64,000 nucleotides of DNA, taken from positions 960,001 to 1,024,000 of the forward strand of contig CAXXVS010000002.1 in the NCBI GenBank assembly GCA_963674755.2, written 5' to 3'. The position numbers and the translations under genes were made by a program. Positions 10,401-20,706 of this stretch are shown here, piece by piece. Within the stretch, counting starts at the first letter, position 1, and each line of letters starts with the position of its first letter. The notes under the pieces are model-generated. The model worked only from the letters and a program-made list of their open reading frames with translations, did not search any database and was not told where the DNA came from. Origin of the DNA: Desulfobacterales bacterium. GTDB taxonomy: Bacteria; Desulfobacterota; Desulfobacteria; Desulfobacterales; UBA5852.

Positions 10401-11074
10401 ATTTCACGGAAAGCGCCTCCCTGGCCTGGCAGGACGTCATCGAAGAGCGTATGCAGGTCCACGGCATTGACGGCCGTTGGCAATACGCCATCCAGGACAT
10501 GCTGGGGCGTGTGGTGCACACCCCCCTGGAGGCAGGCACCGGCAACCCCTTTGCCCTGCGACAGATTACGAACGCGAACCGCTTGAATGAATTGGAATTT
10601 CACCTGCCCCTGCGCGCCGTCAACGCTGCTTCACTGGTCCAGGCATTTGCCGACGGTCGCCAAACGGTTTTCCAGGGCAAACTCAACGATCTCTTGGAGC
10701 AGCTGTCGTTCTCCCTGTCCGGCGGATACCTGAAAGGGTTTATCGATCTGGTTTTTCGCCATGAAGGTCGCTATTTCATTGCCGACTGGAAATCCAACCT
10801 CCTGGGGGATTCCTTTGACGCCTACCATCCCCGCCGCCTGGTGGACGTAATGGTGACGGACTATTATTTTTTACAGTATCACATTTATGCGCTGGCCCTT
10901 GATCGCTACTTAAAATCTTGCCTTCCAAACTATGCTTACCACAAGCACTTTGGCGGCGTTTTCTATCTTTTCATCCGCGGCATGGGCGTGCCAAACGGAC
11001 CGTCGTCCGGGGTGTTCTACGACTGCCCGGCCGGGGCGCTCATGCAACGACTGGAACAGGCGTTGATATTGTAA
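7433..11074 (+). CDS. recB: Exodeoxyribonuclease V beta subunit
   Basis: IEAGAGTGKT, VVTFT.AAT.ELR.R, TIHGFC, IDEFQDTD, IGDPKQAIYSFRGAD, TVHKSKGLEF, LLYVAVTRAK and C-terminal nuclease GFIDLVF...DWKSN...QY. Confidence 0.97.
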   Translation: MQAFDPIQSPLHGKCLIEAGAGTGKTYAITTLVLRLILEKALPVETILVVTFTTAATAELRDRLRRRLKTAQRILRGEACDDPQLNRLIADCRPKETATERLEDALANYDRMPVFTIHGFCQRILNEMAFETGSAFDAELVTDTTPLIQRLADDFWRKTWTAAAPELMRFALPRMKSPDHLALLYRRYAVPLMDIQPDATPAAPSMETFRTQWSQIRDHWPLCRDDVLALLASPGLKANIYGRPTDSGHLGAFRTPREEKIQTWAGELDRWTRSPTNAFPPPEALAYFTSGKLVQSVKKGAPVPRHSFFEQCERLQEEARRLEAQLQAWLVGTFVNFFQAMAAGLRQIKQEQQVLFFDDLLMKVHEALQQKGNSALKHMLRMRYRAALIDEFQDTDAIQYAIFNDLFGGGEHLMAMIGDPKQAIYSFRGADIFTYLYAAQDAPQRYTLTRNWRSTPHMVEAQNSLFGHHARPFLWPEIAYHRALAARGEMPAGQEGDRPPPLTVWYFDNPAVTMRRRAFNKQTAGQRILATLASEVRRLAAASPPGEGCAVFQDMAVLVRTNRQAQEVKHCLAEAGVPAVIYNAGSVFHQPEALDLRRLLRAVADPSGESRLRTVLTTPLFGCHSEALVFEDAGPDWWAAMVDRFFGYRELWHRDGFIRMFRQLVLREQIVARLLAGPGGERYLTNVLHLAELLHQASLERELGIAELIQWMDVRRMQANDTADAHQMRLESDDQAVTIMTVHKSKGLEFPIVFYPFAWEGPAPPRPPALCHQDDRDGHRLLDLGSDQLESNLAKMAEEQLAEEIRLLYVAVTRAKERCYLVWGPLPSSEHSALAYLLYGGGDDAKTDEQGMRPKIATAFRGADDTAYRAPIEALVGQSQGTLALVDLPESSSDQRPALFPPESPHERHARQYKRGPMPVWKVASFSSFISKRRDDGEIREGGLEKEDPYGESLSSEAHRDPSRDIGEIARFEAGPRAGVFLHEILEKIDFTESASLAWQDVIEERMQVHGIDGRWQYAIQDMLGRVVHTPLEAGTGNPFALRQITNANRLNELEFHLPLRAVNAASLVQAFADGRQTVFQGKLNDLLEQLSFSLSGGYLKGFIDLVFRHEGRYFIADWKSNLLGDSFDAYHPRRLVDVMVTDYYFLQYHIYALALDRYLKSCLPNYAYHKHFGGVFYLFIRGMGVPNGPSSGVFYDCPAGALMQRLEQALIL

Positions 11075-11113
11075 AAATACCAAGAGATTAAACCGCTATA
11101 TATAAAGTAAGTA

Positions 11114-12970
11114 ATGAATTTCAAGACATACGAAATGCTGCTGCGGCGTGAGCTCTTCCGGGATATCGACATGGCTTTCGCACGGTTGCTCAACCGCGTG
11201 GCGCCGGAGGAACCCCGGGATGTTTTGCTGGCCGCCCTTCTGACCAGCCGTGCCACCGGAGAGGGCCATGTTTGTATCGACCTTCACCAGTGGGGGGAAC
11301 AGGCCATCCGACTGCCCCAGGAAGACGGTACGGCCGTTCCGTGTCCCGGGGCCGAAGCATGGATCACACAATTGCAGGAATCCGATCTGGTCGGCCAAAG
11401 CGACGGGAACCGCCCCCTCGTGCTGGACGATAAGGGGCGGGTCTACTTGCAGCGTCTCTACCGGGATGAGCAGAACCTGGCGGCGGATCTTCGCCATCGG
11501 GCCCTGGCAGAACGCCCGCCCGTTCCAATCACCCGGCCCCATGAGGTGCGAACGCTTCTGGAGCGCTATTTTGGCGGTTCCGACAAAAAGGTCGGACCGG
11601 ATTGGCAAAAAGTAGCCGCCGTGGTGACAATTTTAAAAAGGCTTTGCATCATCAGCGGCGCTCCGGGAACCGGCAAGACCACCACGGTGGCCAAATTGCT
11701 CGGTGCTCTCCTGGAGATGACATGCCCCGATTCGCTGCGCATTCATCTTTGCACCCCCACCGGCAAAGCCGCCGCCCGACTGGGGGCGGCCCTGGCCGAA
11801 GCCAGCCGTCAATTGGATTGTCCTCCCGCGGTCGCCGCGGCCCTTGCGGATCTGGTGCCCTGCACCATCCACCGCCTTCTGGGGGTTCAACGGGGCGGCA
11901 GGGGATTCCGCTATCATGAGGGCCACCGTCTGCCCACCGATCTGGTCGTCGTTGACGAAGCCTCCATGGTGGATCTTGTTTTGATGAGTCGGTTGGTGCG
12001 GGCCGTTCCCGAAGAGGCCCGTCTGGTCATTTTGGGGGACAAGGACCAGCTGGCTTCGGTGGAGGCCGGCGCCGTATTCGGTGATCTCTGTCGCAATGCG
12101 CTTAAAACATCTTACTCGTCCGCAATGCGACAGGCCATCGCGGAAATGGCCGGGGTCAGCCTGGATCCTCATGCCGCCGCGGCCCCCCATCCTGCGGCAC
12201 TGGATGATTGTCGGGTGGTTTTGCAAACCAATTATCGTTTCGCACCGGAAGAGAGCATCGGCGCTGTTGCGCGTGCCGTGAACGCCGGCCATACCGAAGC
12301 GTTGTTCGATATCTTGAAGACGAACCCGGCCCGAGGCGTCCGCTGGATGTCGTGGCACACGCGCCGGAGCTACGATAAAATCCTTGCAGCACAAGCCCAC
12401 AGAGGCTATGAAATCTATCTTACCAGCCGGGGACCGGAGGAGGCCCTGTCCAATTTCAGCCGCTTCATGATATTGAGCGTCTTAAAATCGGGACCCTTCG
12501 GTGTGGATGGGTTAAACGCCCTTGTCATGGCGACGCTGCAGCAGAAACGGCTGATTGGTCGAAACCGCCCCTGGTTTGTGGGGCGTCCCGTCATGATTAC
12601 CCGCAACCATTATCCCCTCCGGCTTTATAACGGGGACATCGGGTTGACCTGGCCGGATCCAGATGGTCGTTTGAAAGTCTGGTTCGATGGGGAGGACGGC
12701 GGCTTGCGCGCCATCAGCCCCCAGCAGCTACCCCCGCACCAGACCGTGTTTGCCATGACCGTCCATAAAAGCCAGGGATCGGAATTCGACCACGCCCTCC
12801 TGGTTTTGCCGGATCAGGACACACCGGTGATGACACGCGAACTGGTCTATACGGGATGTACCCGGGCCCGGCAGCGCTTGACCCTGGTGGCACAGGAAGA
12901 GATGATCGCTCTATCCCTGTCGCGCACCATCCAGAGGACATCGGGTCTGGTGGATGCCCTGCAGCGATGA
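11114..12970 (+). CDS. recD: Exodeoxyribonuclease V alpha subunit
   Basis: ISGAPGTGKTTT, PTGKAAARL, TIHRLLG, VDEASMVD, LGDKDQLASVEAG, NGDIG, AMTVHKSQGSEF and ELVYTGCTRAR. Confidence 0.97.
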   Translation: MNFKTYEMLLRRELFRDIDMAFARLLNRVAPEEPRDVLLAALLTSRATGEGHVCIDLHQWGEQAIRLPQEDGTAVPCPGAEAWITQLQESDLVGQSDGNRPLVLDDKGRVYLQRLYRDEQNLAADLRHRALAERPPVPITRPHEVRTLLERYFGGSDKKVGPDWQKVAAVVTILKRLCIISGAPGTGKTTTVAKLLGALLEMTCPDSLRIHLCTPTGKAAARLGAALAEASRQLDCPPAVAAALADLVPCTIHRLLGVQRGGRGFRYHEGHRLPTDLVVVDEASMVDLVLMSRLVRAVPEEARLVILGDKDQLASVEAGAVFGDLCRNALKTSYSSAMRQAIAEMAGVSLDPHAAAAPHPAALDDCRVVLQTNYRFAPEESIGAVARAVNAGHTEALFDILKTNPARGVRWMSWHTRRSYDKILAAQAHRGYEIYLTSRGPEEALSNFSRFMILSVLKSGPFGVDGLNALVMATLQQKRLIGRNRPWFVGRPVMITRNHYPLRLYNGDIGLTWPDPDGRLKVWFDGEDGGLRAISPQQLPPHQTVFAMTVHKSQGSEFDHALLVLPDQDTPVMTRELVYTGCTRARQRLTLVAQEEMIALSLSRTIQRTSGLVDALQR

Positions 12971-13066
12971 GTTCGGCGTCATCGGGGATTGACAACAGGA
13001 TCGTCTTATATCCCGGCAGCGACGGAACCCATTTCACAATCTTCAACACCAAGCAGGAGTTTTGCC

Positions 13067-14080
13067 ATGCAAACGAAAGCCGTTATTAGGGGAACCGGAC
13101 GTTATGTGCCGCCCCGCGTTGTCACCAACGACGATCTGACCCAATGGATGGAAACATCGGATGAATGGATCCGGCAACGCACCGGCATTGAAAAGCGGCA
13201 CTGGATCGATGAGAAAGCCCCGGTCGGGGCCAGCGATCTTGGTCTCGAGGCCAGCCGGATAGCCCTCGACAGGGCCGGCTGGACCGCCGCGGATATCGAC
13301 CTGATCATATTCGCCACCCTCAGCCCGGATCTTTTTTTCCCGGGGTCGGGGTGTCTGCTACAGCATAAACTGGGATTGCAGGATACGCCGTCGCTGGATA
13401 TTCGCCAGCAGTGCACCGGCTTCATTTATGGCCTGGCCACGGCCGATGCCTATATCCGCAGCGGCATGGCCCGTAAAATTCTCTTGGTGGGGGCCGAGGT
13501 GCACAGCTCCGGTCTGGATCTTTCCACCACAGGCCGCGATGTGAGCGTGATCTTCGGCGACGGCGCGGCAGCAGTCTGCATCGAAGCGGTGGAGACTGAT
13601 GCGAAGGTGGGCGTCTTGGCTTCGGTACTGCACGCCAAGGGCGCCATGGCGGAAAGCCTCATGACCGAGGCACCGACCTCACGGAAGTGGCCGCGGCTGA
13701 CAACGAAAATGATGGAGGAGCGCCGCCATTATCCGCATATGGACGGCAAGGGGATTTTCAAGGAGGCCCTGCGACGTCTTCCGGAGGTCACCAATGAAGC
13801 GCTGCAGCAGGCCGGGCTCGAAAAGGAAGACATCGATCTCTATATCCCCCACCAAGCCAATATGCGCATCAACCAGTTCTACCAGCAGATGATGAAACTG
13901 CCCGAAGAAAAGGTCTTTCACAATATCCAGCGCTACGGCAACACCACAGCGGCGACCATCCCTTTGGCCCTGGACGAGGCCCTGGAAATGGGACTGGTAG
14001 GGAAGGGTAGCACGGTATTGTTCCTGGGGCTGGGATCCGGTGTTACCTGGGGGGCCAACATCCATCGGTTTCCCGCGTAA
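13067..14080 (+). CDS. fabH: 3-oxoacyl-ACP synthase III family protein
   Basis: ETSDEWIRQRTGI, QCTGF (catalytic Cys), FGDGA, PHQANMRI and YGNT.AA.IPLAL. CAGGAG RBS. Confidence 0.92.
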   Translation: MQTKAVIRGTGRYVPPRVVTNDDLTQWMETSDEWIRQRTGIEKRHWIDEKAPVGASDLGLEASRIALDRAGWTAADIDLIIFATLSPDLFFPGSGCLLQHKLGLQDTPSLDIRQQCTGFIYGLATADAYIRSGMARKILLVGAEVHSSGLDLSTTGRDVSVIFGDGAAAVCIEAVETDAKVGVLASVLHAKGAMAESLMTEAPTSRKWPRLTTKMMEERRHYPHMDGKGIFKEALRRLPEVTNEALQQAGLEKEDIDLYIPHQANMRINQFYQQMMKLPEEKVFHNIQRYGNTTAATIPLALDEALEMGLVGKGSTVLFLGLGSGVTWGANIHRFPA

Positions 14081-14115
14081 AAAGGCGCTTAAAAACCGGT
14101 CAGTGAACCGAATCC

Positions 14116-14151
14116 AAAGGGGGGCGGATCTTCCGCCCCCCTTTATTTTTT
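14116..14151 (+). terminator. Intrinsic terminator after fabH (possibly bidirectional)
   Basis: AAAGGGGGGCGGA-tct-TCCGCCCCCCTTT hairpin followed by ATTTTTT, between convergent genes. Confidence 0.85.
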
Positions 14152-14165
14152 CCACTTTCAGGAGG

Positions 14166-14363
14166 CTATTGTCGTCGGGTGCACGGGATCGCGTCGGCCA
14201 GGATGCCGCGAACCCGGTCGAGCAACAGGCAGGTGTCAGAACAGCGCGGCAGGTTTTCGCTTTGTTCGCAGGAACGGCAGGGGCTCTCCATCAGATAGCC
14301 GATCTCGAAGTCGAAATGACAGGTGTAGGAATAGGGTGCGTCCGGGATACGCTGCAATTTCAT
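14166..14363 (-). CDS. Small Cys-rich hypothetical protein (65 aa)
   Basis: Fills the gap between terminator and next gene. Contains FDFEIGYL..SPCRSC-x8-CSDTC (CxxC..CxxxC). Confidence 0.6.
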   Translation of the reverse strand: MKLQRIPDAPYSYTCHFDFEIGYLMESPCRSCEQSENLPRCSDTCLLLDRVRGILADAIPCTRRQ

Positions 14364-14494
14364 GTCAGGATTACCACAAAATCATTCATGTTGGTGGCGT
14401 CGTAAAAACGCGTTTGGGTAAAAGGGCATACCGTCGGTTCGCGGCGGCCAAACGAGAATGTTCTCTATCAGAAAAGCCTGCCTCGGCCAACCCC

Positions 14495-16732
14495 TTAAGC
14501 CTGACGCGCAGGGCTTTTATCGATCACCGGCATCGCGTTGCCACGCACCACCTGTTCGCGATTCAGAAAGCGCCGGTATTCCACCATCTTGGCGAAGGCC
14601 AGGACCGCCCGTTCCGGTGTTTCGTAGAAAACGCCGTTATAGGCACAGCCCTCGACCGGATACACCGTTCGATCGTTGTCTTCCCGCAGCAGGCTGACGC
14701 CGAAAACCGGTTTGCCGTAGCGCGCGCACAATTCGGCGATCCGTTGTACATAGCTCTTTTCGAAGGCTTCCAGGGTTTGCCGCGTCGCGGCCAGAAAGTC
14801 TTCACTGAGATCCGGGTCGGCGGTGGCGGCCGAAGCGGTCAGGCGTTGGACAAAGATTCGCCGTCCAAGGATGCCCAGGTTGATCACCGCGTCGCAGCCA
14901 TCCCAGCGCAGCAATTCTTCCATAACCAACATGGGCAGATCCAGATCGTTTTCGCCCACCAGATCCACCGGATTGGTCCGGCTCCAATAGGGGGGCAGCA
15001 TCGTATCAATGCGGGCGATGACAGTCTCGTCCAGGGGCGGCACCTCGATACCGTTCTGGTTGCACAGATCAGCGGTCACAACACCCCAGCCACCGCCTAA
15101 TGTCATGATGGCGGCGCGGTTGCTTTCGGGCAAGGGCAATGAGGAAAAAGCGGCGGACAGGTCGAGGAGTTCCATGGGGCGGTCCACTTTGACGATACCG
15201 GCCTGCCGGCACATGGCATTGAACACGGCGGTGTCCGACGCCATGGCCCCGGTATGACTGGCCGCGGCCCGGTTGCCGGCCTGGCTCTGGCCGCCCTTCA
15301 GCAGCATGATGGGTTTGTGCCGGCTTACCCGACGCGCGTTTTCGAAAAAGCGGCGGCCCTGCTTGACGCTTTCCACATACAGCATCACGGTCCGGGTCAG
15401 CTCGTCCTGTTCGAAACCCTCCAGGAAATCCTCAATGGTCAGCATGGCCTCGTTGCCCGATCCTGCAAAGCCGCGGATACCGATGCCCTGCTGTTCGGCA
15501 AAGGCCAGGAGTTGGGTTCCCATGTTGCCGGACTGAGCCACAACGGCCGTGTCGCCGGCAATGGGCCGCACCGGGGAACCGGTGCAATAAAATTGGATGT
15601 GCGGATTGCAAATACCCATGGTGTTGGGCCCCAGGATCAGGATGCCGGCCTCGCGGGCCTGCTTCACCAGGTTTTTTTCAAGGGCCACGCCCTCTTGGCC
15701 GGTTTCACCGAAGCCGGAAGTGATCAGGAGAACATTGCGGATACCCTTTTGTTTGAATTGTGGAATCTGACCGGCCACGAGGTGCGCCGGAATGGTGACC
15801 ACCGCCAGATCGATATCCTCCGGCAAGTCGGCCACACTGGGGTAGACCGGCCGTCCCGCGATTTTGCCGCCCCGCGGATTCACCAGGAAGATTTCGCCAT
15901 CGAATCCGCCCCCGACGGTGTTGACGAACAACATGTGACCCCACTTGCCGAATTGGGCGGAAGCGCCGATAAACGCAATCCGGCGGGGATAAAACAGTCT
16001 GTGGATATCGGCTGGTGCGACCGGTTCAACGGCATCGGTTTGTGGCGGGGCAGGGCGGCAACTCATGAGCGCATCCACCACCTTGACGCCGCCGTCACGT
16101 TCAATCAGCAGCGGGTTGAGATCGATTTCGGCGATCTCCGGTATTGCCAATGCCAAATCGGCCAGTCCCAGCAGCAGATCGGCCAGCCCCTGGCGGTCAA
16201 CCGCCGGTTCACCGCGGAAGGCATCCAGCAGGGTCGCAGCCTGGATGCTGTCCATCATATCGAGGGCATCGTCCGCGGAAATGGGCAGGACCCGGCAGGT
16301 GGTGTCGCCAAGGGCTTCCGTCAGGACTCCGCCGATACCGAACATGAGCACGGGCCCGAACTGCGGATCCCGCACCATGCCGGCCATCAGTTCCCTTTGG
16401 GCCCGGATATGGCGTTGGACCAGCAGGCCCTCGAGGCGATCGTCACCAAGCTTGAAAATATGTTCGGCGGCCTCGCGGACCGCATCGGCCGTATGAAGGT
16501 TTGTGCAGACCAACCCTAACTCGGTCTTGTGCAAGAGACGACTGCCAAGCCCCTTGAGCACGACAGGAAAACCAATGCCTTCAGCCGCAGCCACGGCTTC
16601 GTCCACACGGGTTGCCACGCTTTCTTCGACCACCGGCAAACCGTGTTGGCGCAAGATTGTCTTGGCTTCGTTTTCGTTAAGCGCACCATTGGATCTGTCG
16701 AGGGCGGTTTGAATAAGGCTCTGATGGTTCAC
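14495..16732 (-). CDS. Acetate/acyl--CoA ligase (ADP-forming) family, ATP-grasp-first (beta-alpha) fusion
   Basis: N-terminal ATP-grasp half (L.E.EAK..L, GFPVVLK, HKTELG.V, DPQFGPVLMFG.GG, EIDLNPL) precedes the CoA-binding half (IGAS, SGF.E.G, GPNTMG, QSG, AAASHTGA with phospho-His). Confidence 0.9.
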   Translation of the reverse strand: MNHQSLIQTALDRSNGALNENEAKTILRQHGLPVVEESVATRVDEAVAAAEGIGFPVVLKGLGSRLLHKTELGLVCTNLHTADAVREAAEHIFKLGDDRLEGLLVQRHIRAQRELMAGMVRDPQFGPVLMFGIGGVLTEALGDTTCRVLPISADDALDMMDSIQAATLLDAFRGEPAVDRQGLADLLLGLADLALAIPEIAEIDLNPLLIERDGGVKVVDALMSCRPAPPQTDAVEPVAPADIHRLFYPRRIAFIGASAQFGKWGHMLFVNTVGGGFDGEIFLVNPRGGKIAGRPVYPSVADLPEDIDLAVVTIPAHLVAGQIPQFKQKGIRNVLLITSGFGETGQEGVALEKNLVKQAREAGILILGPNTMGICNPHIQFYCTGSPVRPIAGDTAVVAQSGNMGTQLLAFAEQQGIGIRGFAGSGNEAMLTIEDFLEGFEQDELTRTVMLYVESVKQGRRFFENARRVSRHKPIMLLKGGQSQAGNRAAASHTGAMASDTAVFNAMCRQAGIVKVDRPMELLDLSAAFSSLPLPESNRAAIMTLGGGWGVVTADLCNQNGIEVPPLDETVIARIDTMLPPYWSRTNPVDLVGENDLDLPMLVMEELLRWDGCDAVINLGILGRRIFVQRLTASAATADPDLSEDFLAATRQTLEAFEKSYVQRIAELCARYGKPVFGVSLLREDNDRTVYPVEGCAYNGVFYETPERAVLAFAKMVEYRRFLNREQVVRGNAMPVIDKSPARQA

Positions 16733-16839
16733 GTTGAATTCCGTTGAATGGGGTCGGTGATGTTGAACCGGAAGGCTGATTGGGAGGCGCCCATGCTGAC
16801 GACGGCGGGCAGGCCTCCGCGACGATCAGCGGAGCAACG

Positions 16840-16868
16840 CTTATAACGCCAGGCTTGCTCCGCGTCAA
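16840..16868 (-). promoter_or_regulatory. Putative sigma70 promoter of the acyl-CoA ligase gene
   Basis: Minus strand TTGACG, 17 nt spacer, TATAAG. Confidence 0.5.
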
Positions 16869-16920
16869 GATGTACGCCAGCGAAAGGACGCTTGCCGGCC
16901 GCATTCGGCCAGCGGGTGTC

Positions 16921-17814
16921 TCAGCGGGCCCGGGTGTGAAAATTGCGGCGCATGCTTTCGCGAAAGGAGCGCTGCTTGTTGTTGAGCAAAGTGTAGCTGT
17001 ATCGGATGTTCTTTTCGATAAGATCCGGGTAGTTGCGAATGTTATGTTTGAGTTTGCCAGTGTTGGAGGTCACCTTGCGCAACAGATCGATTTCCTTGCC
17101 GATAACCTTGGTTTGTCCCGTCTTGACCGCGTGTAGGAAGGCCTCGCGTTCCGGCGGGCAGGATGCATAGGTCACCGAGCGTCCCATTTGCGATACGCGA
17201 TGGCCGTCACTGCCGCCCGTGATGCCCTTGCCGATATTAAACCCCAGAACCGTGCTCTGCAGGTTCCATTTGTTCATATTCTCGGCGTTGATCACTTCGA
17301 TGCCATCCACCATTTCATACAGCAATAGCCGTCGCGATTCGGAGAAATAGGAATTCTGGATGCCGGTATAGGCGGCACTGTAGGGGTGCGGAAAGACAAT
17401 CACCGCTGGGAAACGGCGGGCGGCTTCGATGATGGCCTCCATTTCCAGATCGGTCGAGCTCATGACATCCGCCCCTAGGGCAGGCACGATAGCGTTCCGG
17501 TAAAACCGTTCCAAATCAGCGGTTGCGTAGAAGTAAATCAGGATATGGCTGCCTTCGGCGGAAGTGACTTCGATACCGGGAATGCATAGAATGTCGCGCT
17601 GTGCATCTAGCTCGACGGCACCGCGGATTTCATTGTGATCGGTGATGGCCAGACCGATGGCCAATCGCCGTGCGGTTTCAGCGATCTGGGCAATGGTGTT
17701 GTGGCCGTCGGAATAGCTGGTATGGAAATGCATATCAACGACCGTATAGTGGTCGTTGAGGTGCGCTAAATCCGGTTTTTTAAATTCAATGCGTTGATAC
17801 GTCAGGTCGGTCAT
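16921..17814 (-). CDS. PHP domain metal-dependent phosphoesterase
   Basis: DMHFHTSYSDG, AITDHN, IPGIEVT, GSH, PHPY and GGSDGH motifs. Confidence 0.9.
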   Translation of the reverse strand: MTDLTYQRIEFKKPDLAHLNDHYTVVDMHFHTSYSDGHNTIAQIAETARRLAIGLAITDHNEIRGAVELDAQRDILCIPGIEVTSAEGSHILIYFYATADLERFYRNAIVPALGADVMSSTDLEMEAIIEAARRFPAVIVFPHPYSAAYTGIQNSYFSESRRLLLYEMVDGIEVINAENMNKWNLQSTVLGFNIGKGITGGSDGHRVSQMGRSVTYASCPPEREAFLHAVKTGQTKVIGKEIDLLRKVTSNTGKLKHNIRNYPDLIEKNIRYSYTLLNNKQRSFRESMRRNFHTRAR

Positions 17815-18133
17815 GCAGTTTCAGTTCAACCCAAAGTGCCGCGGCAGTCCTGGGATGCCTTTCAGAGATCGGTAACGTACAGGCCCGTTCAGATGGCAAC
17901 CGAAGCGTCGGTGGTGCTGTCCAATGGCCTTCGATGGTTTCGCGATGGTTTTTATCTGCTGAATGTGTATAGTACATATCGTCGCAAATGGGAAATTCTT
18001 AAAACTTTTTCCTGAACGCGCTAGGATGCGGCCCGTCCGGAACGTCGTTTTTAACATAATACCGATCGACCGGCGTTCCAAGGCGGAAGGATAAGCACTG
18101 CGGCCATTGTTTCAAGGTAAGGAGGTTATCGGT

Positions 18134-18616
18134 ATGCGTGTCGGGATGGGTTACGATATTCATCGCTTGGTATCCGGCCGCCGTCTTGTGATCGGCGGGG
18201 TCGAAATCCCCTTTGATCGGGGGTTGCTGGGACATTCCGATGCCGATGTCCTGACCCATGCCCTGTGTGACGCCCTGTTAGGTGCGGCGGGGTTGGGCGA
18301 TATCGGTCTTCATTTTCCCGATACCGACGATGCCTGGACTGATATCGACAGCCTCGAACTGCTGCAGAGGGTCAATGAGATGATTGCGCCCCAATGGCAT
18401 ATCGTCAATATCGATGCGACGGTAGTGGCGCAGGCCCCCAAAATCGGTCCCTATCGCGAACAGATGCGTGCCAATCTGGCGGCGGTGCTGGAAATCGCCC
18501 CCGACCGGATCAATATCAAAGCCACCACCACCGAAACCCTCGGCGCGATTGGAAGGGGGGAGGGGATTGGCGCCCAATGCGTCGTCCTGCTGCAAGGGAC
18601 CGGTAAGCACACCTGA
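18134..18616 (+). CDS. ispF: 2-C-methyl-D-erythritol 2,4-cyclodiphosphate synthase
   Basis: [36 protein letters not shown] and IKATTTE. AAGGAGG RBS. Confidence 0.97.
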   Translation: MRVGMGYDIHRLVSGRRLVIGGVEIPFDRGLLGHSDADVLTHALCDALLGAAGLGDIGLHFPDTDDAWTDIDSLELLQRVNEMIAPQWHIVNIDATVVAQAPKIGPYREQMRANLAAVLEIAPDRINIKATTTETLGAIGRGEGIGAQCVVLLQGTGKHT

Positions 18617-18678
18617 CCCGGAACAACCATTCGCCGAGAGTCTGATGGGACCACTGAAGATCAAGGTTCACGTGATCA

Positions 18679-20682
18679 ATGAAATCATTGTTTAAACTTT
18701 CTTCGGGATACAAACCCCGGGGGGATCAGCCCGAGGCCATTCGTACCACGCTCCAAAACCTGAAAAACGGGTCGCGGCACAATGTTTTGCTGGGGGTCAC
18801 CGGATCCGGCAAAACCTTTACGATGGCCAACATCATTGCCGATATCGGCGTCCCGGCTTTGGTCATAGCGCCCAACAAAACCCTGGCGGCGCAGCTCTAC
18901 AATGAGTTCAAGACCTTTTTCCCGGATAACGCGGTGGAGTATTTTGTCAGCTATTACGACTATTACCAGCCGGAAGCCTACATCCCCGCCAGCGACACTT
19001 ACATTGCCAAGGATTCATCCATTAACGAGCTGATCGACAAACTGCGTCATTCGGCTACCCGGTCGGTTCTCTCGCGGCGGGATGTCATCGTGGTGGCCAG
19101 CGTCTCCTGTATCTATGGACTGGGGGCGCCTGAAGATTACCTTGGGCTGCGCATCGACATGGCAAGCGGAGACCGGCTGGAACGGGATGCGCTGCTGCGC
19201 AAGCTGGTATCGATGCAGTATGAGCGTAACGATATCGATTTCCATCGGGGCACCTTTCGTGTGCGGGGCGATCGGGTGGATATTTTCCCCGCCTATGAAG
19301 AGACGGTCGCTCTGCGGGTTTCTTTCTTCGGAGACGAAATCGACGGTTTGGCGGAAATCGATCCTTTGCGGGGGTCGGTCTTGCGGGACACGCCCCAGGT
19401 GACGCTTTTCCCGGCGAGTCACTATGTCACTCCGACCGGTACGCTCAAACGGGCGACCAAGACCATCATGACCGAACTGAAGGAACGTCTGGAACAATTC
19501 CATCAAGTCCGTCGCTTGGTCGAAGCGCAGCGCCTTGAAGAACGTACCCTCTACGATTTGGAAATGATGAATGAACTGGGCTATTGCAATGGTATCGAAA
19601 ACTATTCCCGCCACCTCACCGGCCGCCAGCCGGGCGAACCGCCACCCACCCTGCTGGATTATCTTCCGGACGATTTCCTGCTGTTTATCGACGAAAGCCA
19701 TATCACCATTCCCCAGCTGGGCGGCATGTACCGCGGCGATCGCAGCCGCAAGCAGACCCTGGTGGAATTCGGGTTTCGGCTGCCCTCCGCCCTGGACAAC
19801 CGGCCCCTGAAATTCGATGAAGCCACTTCGCGGTTCAACCGGGCGGTCTATGTTTCGGCAACGCCGGCTGCCTATGAAAGCCGGATGGCCGGACCCAATA
19901 TGGTAGAGTTGATCGTGCGCCCCACCGGCTTGGTGGACCCGGAAATCGAGGTTCGCCCTGCCGGCGTCCAGGTGGACGATCTCATGGAGGAAATCAAGCG
20001 GCGGGCGGGACGGGACGAGCGTGTCCTGGTTACCACCCTGACCAAGCGCATGGCCGAAGATCTGACAGCCTATTATGGGGATCTGGGCTTGCGCGTACGC
20101 TATCTGCATGCGGATATCTCCACGCTCGAACGCATGGACATCATCCGTGATTTGCGGATGGGTGAATTTGATGTGCTCATCGGCATCAACCTGTTGCGGG
20201 AAGGGCTGGATATCCCGGAGGTCTCCCTGGTGGCCATTCTGGACGCCGACAAGGAGGGATTTCTGCGATCAACGCGTTCCCTCATCCAGACTTGCGGGCG
20301 GGCGGCGCGCAATGCACGTGGCCGGGTCATCATGTATGCCGATAAGGTCACCGGTTCCATGCAGCAGGCGATCGACGAAACCACCCGCCGACGGTCGATC
20401 CAGCAAACCTACAATCAACAGCATGGGATAACGCCGCAATCCATCCGCAAGGAGATCGTTTCGATCTTCGATACCCTCTCAGGGGGGACCCCCGAAGACC
20501 AAAACCAGGTGAGGGAAGCGCAGGCGACTTACAACCGCCTGGAGGATATGGAAGCCTCCATCCAACAGCTCGAAAAGGAAATGATGGCGGCCGCCCGCGA
20601 TCTGGAATTCGAGCGCGCAGCGGAATTGCGCGATCGTATCCAGGCCATCCAGGCCAAACTGGTCTTCAATGGCCAGGCCTGA
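18679..20682 (+). CDS. uvrB: Excinuclease ABC subunit B
   Basis: [60 protein letters not shown] and C-terminal [11 protein letters not shown]. Confidence 0.99.
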   Translation: MKSLFKLSSGYKPRGDQPEAIRTTLQNLKNGSRHNVLLGVTGSGKTFTMANIIADIGVPALVIAPNKTLAAQLYNEFKTFFPDNAVEYFVSYYDYYQPEAYIPASDTYIAKDSSINELIDKLRHSATRSVLSRRDVIVVASVSCIYGLGAPEDYLGLRIDMASGDRLERDALLRKLVSMQYERNDIDFHRGTFRVRGDRVDIFPAYEETVALRVSFFGDEIDGLAEIDPLRGSVLRDTPQVTLFPASHYVTPTGTLKRATKTIMTELKERLEQFHQVRRLVEAQRLEERTLYDLEMMNELGYCNGIENYSRHLTGRQPGEPPPTLLDYLPDDFLLFIDESHITIPQLGGMYRGDRSRKQTLVEFGFRLPSALDNRPLKFDEATSRFNRAVYVSATPAAYESRMAGPNMVELIVRPTGLVDPEIEVRPAGVQVDDLMEEIKRRAGRDERVLVTTLTKRMAEDLTAYYGDLGLRVRYLHADISTLERMDIIRDLRMGEFDVLIGINLLREGLDIPEVSLVAILDADKEGFLRSTRSLIQTCGRAARNARGRVIMYADKVTGSMQQAIDETTRRRSIQQTYNQQHGITPQSIRKEIVSIFDTLSGGTPEDQNQVREAQATYNRLEDMEASIQQLEKEMMAAARDLEFERAAELRDRIQAIQAKLVFNGQA

Positions 20683-20706
20683 AGAACGGGGCAGGGAAGG
20701 TATCGA

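Noticed and set aside
18134..18616. ispF without adjacent ispD as a sign of gene loss
   Set aside because: Stand-alone ispF is not unusual and ispD may lie elsewhere. No remnant was seen upstream.
8129..20109. Long antisense ORFs (e.g. 8129-9391, 15254-16519, 19015-20109)
   Set aside because: These are shadows of well-supported genes in GC-rich DNA, with no motifs of their own.
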